Part shown: one piece after another, positions 48,959 to 59,900 of the stretch
Layout: every line of letters starts with the position of its first letter
Position numbering within the stretch: position 1 is the stretch's first letter
Origin: Selaginella moellendorffii
Lineage: Eukaryota > Plantae > Lycopodiophyta
Direction of reading: 5' to 3'
Assembly (NCBI RefSeq): GCF_000143415.4
Contig: NW_003314262.1
Coordinates: 2,400,998-2,464,997, forward strand
Length of the DNA: 64,000 bases
Notes under the pieces: generated by a model
Databases searched by the model: none
The model's input: only the letters and a program-made list of their open reading frames with translations
What the model was told of the DNA's origin: nothing
Position numbers and translations under genes: made by a program

Positions 48959-51599
48959 CATGTGTCGAGCCTCAAGGAGGTGGAGCGCCAAGAGATCTCT
49001 GTCAAGAGCCAGGTTTAAGTCTCCGTGGGCTTGTGAAATCTTTGCTGAACTTGCAATTAATTCTCATAACCCTGCAATATTTGCCACCTCTACTTAAGTT
49101 GAAACTATCTATCTCTTGTTTCCCACAACTAGTGAAGCATACATTTAGCTTGGTGTTTATAATCTTTTTCATCAACATAAATCAAATAAGGCATATGCCC
49201 CTCAAAAAAATTTATATTTCCCAATCTATTTTTATAATTTGCTACAGGTTGCATGTAATATGTTATTTAATTCAATAGATCACACATTTATATAGATAAA
49301 CCACAATTTTCTTTAATGATTATATACCAAAATGAAGTTTGGTGAGAGTTCCAAGTTTACATTTGATTAGTTACTTTATATAATTGTATTTCCTTTAAGT
49401 AATTGATGTCTTTCTTGTAATAATCATATTGTGAGTGTTCACAGCTCTCATTTTCCTTTTATAAAACCAAGTCATGACTTTTTGTTGGATCATATGTAAG
49501 GGTGGTCATGTCTCTTGCTTCTAACAACTAAGAATTTAGAGCCTCAGCAATATTAGACGTTAAGTAAAACATTAACCTTGAAAGAAAGAAGTTATTTAAT
49601 GCTCAAGCAATGACCTTCTAATTCAATCTGTTGCAAAGGCAATTTAAAACCTAAACTCTTTTGCTACTTCTGTAAATGCCATCTCCTTTCTTTGTCTCTT
49701 TCGAATTCTTTTCTAAAATTCTTTGTAAAATATCTTAACCATGGGATATATTTCCAAACACAGCATGGAAAACTTTCAAGATGAATGTCAATCTAGCAAG
49801 TATATCCCTTAGCAAACACTTTTGGAGAAACCATTTTTAATTATTGCAATTTTCATTATCACATAAGCCATTTACATTAACGCCTGTAGCTGTCACCAAA
49901 GTGCCTTTGTAATTGCCTTTCAAATGAGTCCCACTCATAGCATTCAGCTTTTGCCAAAAGCAAAACCCCATCAAACAAGTAACATAATTTTCCACAACCT
50001 TATCATAAAAGTTTCTAAGCGTATCATTGTAGTTTACACTAAGAACCTTTGCATATTGAGTTTAATTTCTCAATATTGCTACATAATAGCTTATTATATC
50101 TGCAAAACACATACTTTATATGTTGGTCCTATTCTAGTTCTATGGCTCAAACGGCATATTTACGAAATGTAGAAAGTGTTTTCCTTGGTGTATATCCTGA
50201 TTTGTAGTATAGCTCTCTACTTGCATGCATATCTTAGTTTTGTGTCCGATTTGTGTTTAAGCCCAAGTTCTATACCATGTTAATTGATGGAATACTCATA
50301 TTTTTGCATTATACCACTAGTATATTGAAATTACATTAGACTCCATCTAGCTCTATTTTGCATATTAGTCTTAGTATTAAGATGTTAAATGCTTTAGAAT
50401 AGTCCCCACTTGCTCCCCCCCCTTTAAAGAACTTTCACCCCAAGCCTCTTTTAGTACTAGGAGTGACTCTCTGGGACTAACTTGAATTTAAACATAGAAC
50501 AAACATCATTGTGTTTAGGGCATGATAGCTAAGGTGTCTAATAGACACAGTAAACTACCATATAATGATATTGAGGGACTAGACTCAATATTATAAAGGT
50601 TCTTAATATTAGCAAGTGTAAGCCAATGACAAAAGTTTCTCAAACTAGGTTGAGTTTACTTAGCAAGAAATATATAGGAGTTTCTACCCTTATATTTATC
50701 AAATTTAAATACATGGCCATTGACCGGTTTCTCAACTAGCTCAAGTGGGAACTATAAAAGGAACTAATTATACCAACCTCCTGTTGTCATGGCAATAAAA
50801 AAAGAGTGTTTGTAAGGACTAGCTAATAAATATTTTTCAATACTTGAAGTTACATTTGCAACGAAGATTAACGTCTTCGTTGATGCATACCCGAGTTTAA
50901 TAAATCATCAAAGAAACAACTCCGAAAGTTAATAGAAAGCACACTATGTGGGAAACACACCGACTTAAATAAGTTATGGAATGACCTCTCCTCTATATCC
51001 AAAGATGTTAAGACTCAGACACCTTTTGGCCATCACCGACAAGGAAATGACTAACAGAGTTAACCACCCTTGTTACTCCAAGTACCACTCAACTTACAAA
51101 GGAATGATACATCTTTACCTACAGGGACATAGGGAGAGGGCTAGAGGCCCAACTTCCCTTGAGTAAGAAATCAACTTTATCAGAAAGATTTAGACAACTA
51201 TTATAAATTGGCAGATGAAGTTATTTACATGACCACACCCTTTTTAAAAAATGAGTTATCAAGAGAGAGGTGGGGACTTGTGATCAATCTATAATAATTA
51301 TCCCTATAATTATAGATTGAACCCATGCACCGAAGTGCCAAAATCAACCTGCCAAAACTGACCCAAGTACTAATGAATGAAAGAAACAAAACTTTGATTT
51401 ACAAAAATACACAAAGCCATTTGCCATTTTAGCAAGTCAAAGTTTTTGTGATAAGTTTTAAACTCTAAGCATCAGAATCACAAAAATACTGTGTGCCATT
51501 TCTTGCAAACATATTTCACTCAAAACTATGTCAGAGTAACTCTTAGATGCAAGAGTTGCATTTGCAAAGAACCATAAATATCTAGTGCTATCAATCACA

Positions 51600-51810
51600 C
51601 TGCCATGAAGAGCTTTGTGGCCGGGGAGTGCTGCTCAAGGCGGGGCTGGCAGCACTGCTTGTGAAGGGAGGTCTGGTGCTCCATTACTACTGGATCGTGA
51701 TGATGGAGAGCCTGGGATTCTCCCAGGAGCAAATCATGAAGATCACCCAAAAAGGATCGCAGCTGGTCATGGTCTCCAGCGATCAGGCATGTCAGGTAGC
51801 AAGCCCAAGT
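51600..51810 (+). pseudogene. mTERF gene fragment
   Basis: MESLGFSQEQIMKI and SSDQACQV match the mTERF at 23611-25122. Confidence 0.75.
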
Positions 51811-51993
51811 TGATCTCCCACTCCTCTGTCGTTTTTTGAAGCTGACCATCTTTCGGACCTTGCATCCCCATAACTTCCTGGCCAGAAAGAGGAATGTTGT
51901 GGTCATTGATGCTTGATGCTCTTAGGATCGTGATGAAATTTGAGAGTAAGGACTGACTCTGGAAAACGTTCTATGCAGTAAGAAAAACATGAA

Positions 51994-53405
51994 TTATTTT
52001 ATATAGTTTGGTGAAGCATGAATTTTAGATTGGTGTTGATAATCTTCCTCAAGATCATTATAAATATAATAACTTGATTGAGAGGATGTTGCTTCACCAA
52101 CCTGTAATATTCTGGATGGCATAAACACAGAGATTCCTTTAAAATTTTCTGAGTTGTCCACATTTGGCTTGATCCATTCCCATGTAGCCAAATTAAATGC
52201 AACTGGCAACCAATTCTTAGAAATCCTTATGATGCAAACCAAATCCCCAATCCAGTAGTAACGAAAGCCAGGATCAGGGCAATCTCTAGACATTTCACCT
52301 TGGCTATCCCAGCCTTCTCCATACAGATGCTTGACATCCACTTCAGTTACAAACTCCCATGCTTCTTCAGATTTATAAGAGACCATTGCATTTGCAATCT
52401 CTGCATTGTCCAGCTTGTCAAGGTAGAGCTTGTAGATGACAAATCCCATAACTAGTTTAGGTTCCTGCCGTTTCCGCTTTGTAGCAACCCACAGAACATA
52501 ATCCATATCACTGCTACCACAGCAGTTTTTCAAAACTTTGCCAGCCCAATAGTAAAACTCAACTGGTGACAGGGGATCTGATGTTGCCCAAGGCATGTCT
52601 GGATCTACTCCACCTATTGGTGGCAGCAAAAATCTCCAATAGCGGCACCCATGCATCACCTCTAGCAATAAATACCATGTTGTATGAAATGTGTGCCCCA
52701 GTGATAGAAACCTCTGCCATCTTTCTGCCTGGGGGCCCTCCTTTGGGAACAAACGGTCCCAACAATCTGTTCTTGAGTCATATTCTAGTGCATCATCCCA
52801 GAATGCAATTATGCCAGTATCTGGAATAGCTAGAACCCTGTAGTGGCCATCACTGTCCACCTGTATTTCCACCTCGAATGCGTCGCTTGAAAACTTACAG
52901 TCAGAACTGGGATCATTGGATCTTGCCATCACAATTGGAAGCTGTTTCCATTCGTTTGTAATGGGGTTCCCAACCACGAGAGCTAGAAGTGTCTCAACTT
53001 CATGGTAGAGTCGATTGCACACTAGGCCCTTGTAAGAAGCCACAATGCTAGAGAATTTGCTCAAGTGGAGATCATTACTAGAGACTTTTTCTTGGCTCCC
53101 AAATAAAGGGAACCAAACAATGGCCTCAGAACCTGATTTTTTTTTAAAAAAAAAAGAAATTTCCATGAACAAAGCATTTCTCTTACCTTCAGTGTTAGCC
53201 ATGAGCACCCATGGACCATAAGCTTGTAAATATTGTTCCAAATTGGCTAGAATTAAGGTGTGCCATTTCTTGCAAACATATTGCGCACGAAACAAGTCTG
53301 CAATCCCCAGATGCAGAAAAATTAAGAGTAGGAGTTCGTCGCTTAAATCCTCCCTGTAAGAACCAGAAGATTCATTGCTAACGATTACAGATGTAGAACT
53401 CACAT
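51994..53405 (-). CDS. F-box protein, lineage-specific type; the start codon is split by an intron
   Basis: EDLSDELLLLIFLHLGIADLFRAQYVCKKWH (F-box), ASYKGLVC and VVGNPITNEWKQLP. Intron 53354-53403 joins AT|G. Confidence 0.85.
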
Positions 53406-53544
53406 ATAGGCGCACGCCCTAGGTTTGAAGAATGAACGAAACCCTAAATTTCAACTAAGCCCTAAAGCCCTGGCGACTTCCTGCAGAATCTCGCCAATCT
53501 TTGCGCGCTGGTGCGATTCCAGGGATGCCCAGATGCGTCCCCGT

Positions 53545-53680
53545 TCTTCATGGATTCTTTCGAAACATCAGCCGGACCTCGCTCCTTTGCATCCCGAAGC
53601 TGACGAAGTAGTCCACCTTCCTGGTCAGCCTAACTTCAGAGGCGACGATCTGGGGAATGCTGGGAAGGATCGGCACCTCG
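53545..53680 (-). pseudogene. mTERF gene fragment
   Basis: KVDYFVSFGMQRSEVRLMFRKNP matches KVDYFVSLGMQRSKVRLMLRKNP in the intact gene. Confidence 0.8.
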
Positions 53681-53959
53681 TAACGGTAGTTGGATCGTTT
53701 CGAGCTACACCAGACATGGATCCAATTGTGAGGAAGATTGTTTCGCTTTACTTTTGTTTCGTTTTGCAGATTACCATGGCAGGTGAAAAGCATCATGGAG
53801 CTTCGTCGAAGCAACTTCAGAGCAGAATAACTCTGCAATATCCTTAGCTGATTTTGGGAATAAAACGACCAACTTTGGAGAAGCGATCCGAACCAATGGC
53901 AATCCCATGAAGAAATCCATACTAATGCTGTCAAATGGGCCATTAGCGACTAGAAGGGA

Positions 53960-56924
53960 TGAAGCAACCCTGGAGTTGGAACCGTCTCATGCTTTGTCTG
54001 CTGACACACCAAGCATTCACAAACCCATTACTTCACCTCCTTCTGCATCCCCTTCCAATAAAACCTGGTTTTGATCACCGAGATGCATTCACGAAAAACT
54101 TGACTTTGGATACGGGTTGCCAGCAGATAACGTCTGACAAGCAGAGGCAAGAGTTGGATCCTCAAGATATCTTCCCGAATTGCCTGCAGAAACTCAGGTT
54201 GCTGGCGGGAAACATCATACATTGCAGATCCTTTTGGTTTTGCAGGAATGATGTTGGAATTACCTGGCTTATACTCAATGGTATAGTCAAGTGATTGGAG
54301 CTCCTCAATCCAATGACGTTGCTTCTTGTTGAGATGATTCTAGTCCAAAAGAAAACATAGACTAAGATGATCAACACGTAGGCAAAAGTGACAAAAAGAA
54401 AGATAGTGGTGCTGCTTTCGAATAGCATGAAGCACTGTTGTCATCTCTTGTTCATAGACGGCCATGCGGGATTCCACAAGAGAAAATCAGTGACTCTCAA
54501 AGGCAATAAACTGTCGGTGTTAGGAAGTGTCTCATTGTCTTTCTTGGATGGTTTTGGCCTGGACAGTTTAGACTTGGTGAGCAAGGTATAGCAAGGATTC
54601 CTCATAAAAGGAAGGAGAACACAGTACGGAAGGTATGTTATATTTTTTGGGGTTTTCTTTTCTTCTCTCCCCTCTTCCGATTTCTCTCTTTTCCTCCTCA
54701 GCAAGGATCGATAATCCAGCAATTGGAATCGACCATGCAAGCATTAACCGAGCAGAATCTTCTGCACCAGCAGCAGGTCACAGCTACAATCTGGGATATG
54801 CAAGTTTCAGTCTAGTCATTAGTGGATCGATAGGATGAGAGCATAGCAGCGATGTGTCTTTTAGTGGAGAAGCAGCAGACCTTGGAATCTCGGCTTGAGG
54901 AGCTCCAGGTTACTTCTTCGCACAAGAGGCTAAGCGGGGAATTGCCAGTGATACCGCCACAATGGGGAGAGAGAACTTGCCCCTTTCCAGAGCGTCATGT
55001 GAGGCCATGGTATGAGGAATTACGGGAGAAGATGAAGATGGAAGATCCAAGGGTGGTGAGTACAATCCTACAACCATCTTTCTTGTCCAGGAGTCACGGG
55101 TTGTTGGGGAGAATGCCGTTCTCTTCCTCGGCGGCAAAATGGGATAAGGACAAATTTCAGTTGCCAACTTATGGAGGTGAGAACGATTGACATAAGCTTT
55201 TGGAATGGATTTGTTGCCATGAGAGAAACTTCATGATGCGTGAACCTTGGGAGGTGGAAAAAGTACCCTTGGTGGCCAATTATTTCACAGATTTGGCTTT
55301 TAAGTGGTATAACAGCTTGGAGTGGGCAAGAGTGTTTCTGGATTGGGAAACATTCAAAACCATGCTTACTAAGGAATTTCTGCTCTTTTCAGTCCAGGAC
55401 CTTCCGTTCAACAAACTTTGTGATCTACAGTACCATCCACGAACACAGACTTTACAGGCTTTTAATAGGGAATGGCTACAAGCAAAGTTTGGTGTGGATG
55501 ATATTCCTAGTTCAATGCTATGTAGCTGCTTTACCCACGTCAATGGGAGCTGACATAGCTCAAATGTCCCCTTCATCCATTTGTCAAGCCATACAACTGG
55601 CTTTGAATGCAGATCTCAAATATAAGGAGTGGGAGTCAACAAGTAAACCACATCCTGATTGGCCTCATCTACAACCTCGGAGCATGGTGGAAATCAGCAA
55701 GCCATCAAGCAATGGATTATCATCAACTGCAGGGAAACAGGTGCCATTTTCATCCACGTCACTTTACAATGTAATCCTACTTTCTTCACACCCGGGTCTG
55801 AAAGATGCAACTCAGCTGTCTTTTTTTTCTTGAAGGTACAAAAGAAAGGAAAGTTCGGGCTCCTTCCAAAAAGCTCTCTACCATCTCTAGCAACCCTTTG
55901 TGTCTATGATAGATCAAGCACTCATTACCACCTCATAAAAGTCTCCGACACTGGGATGTGGTTACATGCTGAATTTGTTGCTTTGGTGGCACCCCTAACC
56001 ATTCAACATGTTGTCCCTCAAAGGTGAAGGCTAATTGTTGAGTAGCAAAGTTTATGGTGATATCACCAAAACGTTCAAGAGTCTGAACTCCCAAAATGAA
56101 GTCAATGGCCCCCATGTGCATGACATAAAAGTGCTCCACTAGCATGAAGTTGTCACCACCAAGTGACAAGATACAATCTCATTCACTCGGATAACTCCCC
56201 TATTGGCAATCTCCACATCCAATGGAATTGGAGCTGGTTTGGTTGTCAAGCGAAGTTTGGTCAGTGAACAAGTCTTCACAAAGGAATGTGAAGCTCCTGA
56301 GTCTACTAACGCAAATGCTTGATGACCTGAAACTGTTCCTATTACCCAAATGCACTATGGTCCTGTCTTCCCCAAGAAAGATGGTAGTGAAATGGTAGCT
56401 CCTAATGTGGCTTCTTCTCTTGGAATTTGAGATAACACTTCCCCCTCCCAAAAAAAATCTCTTGTCCTAAGTCCAAGTCCTCAAAAGCCACAGGAATGAG
56501 ATCTCCCTTGCCGTTCTGTTGGAACTGAATACTTGTCAACCTGCCCCTACTTGCTCCTGGTTGCTGACCTGTTCGAGCCTTACAAACCTGTCTATATCCC
56601 TGTTCCCATTTTGCTCCACAATCAAAATACTTGCCCAACTTCATATCTTCCAATCATTTGAGCCACTCTTGTGGGGGAAGTGTCGCGAATGTGATTTCGG
56701 GTATCGAAAGTTATCTGTCGGCTAATCCTTTCGGATATTATTTCCTTACTGTTACAATGGTAGGAGGTCGGTATTGCTAGAACCATTATCAGTTCCCACT
56801 TGAGCTAGTTGAGAAATTGGATAAACATAAGATACGAACCCTATATATTTCTTGCTAAGCATACTCGGTTTGGTTTGAAAAACTTATGTCATTGGCTTGC
56901 ACTTGTTAGTATCAAAAACCCTTG
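53960..56924. mobile_element. Scrambled remnants of older Ty3/gypsy elements in both orientations (related piece at about 50594-50755)
   Basis: An integrase piece FYWKGMQKEVK (-), a gag-like piece at 54850-55830 (+) and gag/protease pieces at 55930-56700 (-). The segment 56790-56924 is an inverted homologue of 50594-50755. Confidence 0.75.
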
Positions 56925-59900
56925 TGTAAGGAACCGACTTCCCGAGATGTCGTAGGCTAAAGGATCCCCAAAAGCTTGACCGAAATGACAAAGAGTTCAT
57001 CGGATGGGACCAAGTCGAGGATCGAGTCCAAGACCGACTCTAGGACCGAGTTCGAGATAGAGTCTGGAATCGAGTCCGAGACTGACTCGGGGACCGAGTT
57101 CGAGTCCGAGTTCGAGACCGAGTTCGAGACGGAGTCCGAGATCTGAAATCGGGTCTGAGACCAAGTCCGAGGTCGAGTCCGAGGTCGAGTCCGAGATCGG
57201 GTCCGAGATCGAGTCCGAGATTGAGTTCGAGACCGAATCCGAAGTCGGATCTGAAATCGGGTCCGAGATCGAGCCAGAGACTAAGTCCAAATACTAATAC
57301 GGGTCAAGGGGTGAAAGCCCAAAGCGTGCGTCTCCCAGGGGGGGGGGGGGGGGGGGGCTGTAGGGGGTTCCAAAAGTATAGTAGGGATAGTGAGGTCTAG
57401 GTGCAACACTTGCTTTAAGACGCCAAGGTGAAACACCATGGCCTAACGGCCCGATATAGGTACCTCTACCCCCCATTTCCATCCCGAAGGGAAGGCTTAA
57501 GCCCCTAAGAAGGGCGAGGTCNNNNNNNNNNNNNNNNNNNNNNNNNNNNNNNNNNNNNNNNNNNNNNNNNNNNNNNNNNNNNNNNNNNNNNNNNNNNNNN
57601 NNNNNNNNNNNNNNNNNNNNNACAGTTTCGTATCGACACTTGACTCGAGGTTGAGACTGGGGCCGAGGGGCCTTGGGTGGGAGTGAGCATGGGCTTGAGT
57701 GGTGCCGGAGGGGCCACCTAGGGAAGTGCTCAAGAGCAGCTCCCACTCCCGAAAGGGAAACCAACTGCGGTGCTCCCGGCTCAGGTGGAGTGGTGCCCCA
57801 CTTGAGTACCTTGTGGCTCATTGGTCCTCGCCCTTCCTAGGGGCTTGGGCCTTCCCTTCGGGATGGAAGAGGGGGGGTAGAGGTACCCATATTGGGCCGT
57901 TAGGCCATGGTGTTTCGCCCCGACGTCCCAAAGCAAGTGCTGCACCCAAGACTTGGGATTTAGAGGGTCCCATGATCAAGTCTTGTGGTACCAAGGGGTG
58001 TTAGGAATCTGGAGGCTTGGTGTGCTTGGCTGCTTGTGCCTGCAGGGAGTGTAGCCGAACCTTAAGTCCAGTCTAACCCGGGGAGGGGGATTGGGAGAGA
58101 TTTGGGAATCCGTAGATGGATGGCTAACACTCCGTTGCTCGTGTAGTGAGTAGCTGAAACCAAGTAGGACCAAGTAGGAGCTGGTACCATAGGCAGGAAC
58201 CTTGGCGAGGGAACTTAGCACAAGCCAAGGCAGAGTTGGTCGGATAGACGAGGTAAGCTGGCAAATTGGAAAGGAAAAATTTGTGGCTTACAATTTGGTA
58301 TCGGAGCCTCTTCCTCAGTTTTAGCGAAGGATAGAGGCGGATTGCTGGGAGATGGCAAGGGCAGGACGTAAGCTAACCCAGGTAGAGACGGAACCTCCTC
58401 AAGAGCTGGAGCCTCCGATCGAACAGGAGGCTATGGATGAGGAATCCTTGCATGAGGAGGACTCCAGTGAGGCAACCTCCAAACAGGAGTCTGGTGGTGA
58501 GGTTCGGTCATCCAAGGCTCGATTGGATGTTTTAGAAGGACAATTGGCACAGACCAATGCCCTGCTAGAGACTCTCGTACGCAAGCTAAAGCGTGACGAG
58601 AAGCGGAAGAAAAAGCGAAAGACTGCGGATGCTGGCAGCGCAGAAGGTGCGGACCCTTCGGCAGGGACTGAGGCAAAACCAGACAAGGTCGAATAGACCG
58701 AAGTGGAATCAGTCCCTCAGGCAGTTCCCAAGTACAAACCAAAGCCCCCACCAGTCTTCAAGGGAGTGAACGACTATAAGGTGGTGGAGGATTGGTTTTA
58801 CGATATGGAGGACTACTTCCGAGCGTTGCGATTACCGAGCTCGGAGAAGGTCCCATGTGCAAAACCATACTTGGCAGATAATGCCAAGTTTTGGTGGAGA
58901 ATGACAGAGGCCAACGAAGGACCAGTGGCCACTTGGGAAATGATGAAGGCGAGGATCCGCGCAACTTACGTTCCTCCGAATGCTACTCTGCATCTAAGGG
59001 ACGAGCTGAGTAGGCTGAAGCAGACCGGAACCATTCAGGAGTATGTGAATGGGTTTATGGCAAAGAGGATACTTGTCGCGGACATGGGGGATATAGATGC
59101 GTTCCATGCTTTCATATCAGGTTTGCAAACCTAGGCTCGCGGCGAAGTAATGCAGTGGAACCCGACCAACTACAAGGAAGCGTTGGATGCGGCCATAAAG
59201 GTGCATTTCAATGATAACCTGCGAAAGGGGAACACGACGGGGTCAGGATCCACATTTAGCAAAGGGGCCAAACCAAGGGGAACGTTTAGCAGAGGGAAAT
59301 TCAAGAGGAGTTTCTCTAAGAATGAGTCCTCGGGGTTCCGGAAAGGCAAATCCGGTGGCCAGCGAGCGAGTACGTGGGGGAGTCAAGCGAAAAGAGACAA
59401 ACCCACAGATAAGAAGGTCAAGTCATATAGCAGCGTGGGAAACAACGTATGCTACAACTGCGGTGAAGCGGGACATTTCTCGAGGGAATGTCCCTACCCG
59501 AAGGAGGCCAGAGCCAATATGGCCATCAAGTCGGGTGAAGTCCAAACTGAGGTATGTGATCCAGTCCCTAACTCAAAGTTACTCATTACACGAGCAACTT
59601 TGGTAGAGAGTCATTCGCGACATCTACTAGCCCTCCGAGGGAAGCTCGGAGGTAGCTTTGTTAAGATCCTTATTGACACGGGTGCTTCGGATAATTTTAT
59701 GGCTGCAGACATAGTCCGGCAAGCCGGACTAACAGTGCAGCGGCTAAGCGAACCAAGGACTATAGAGTTTGTTCAAGGTAGCCAAAGCACCGATGAGGTA
59801 CTTCGACAAGCGAGAGTCGAAGTGGGGACTTGGAAGGTGGACATGGATTTCACCGTGTTGGACATGGCGGGATTTGACATGATCTTTGGAATGGACTGGT

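Noticed and set aside
56997-57290. Ser/Asp- and Ser/Pro/Arg-repeat ORFs and a superficially CRISPR-like periodicity in the LTRs
   Set aside because: They are translations of the 6/12-bp LTR array. There are no unique spacers or cas genes, and the DNA is eukaryotic.
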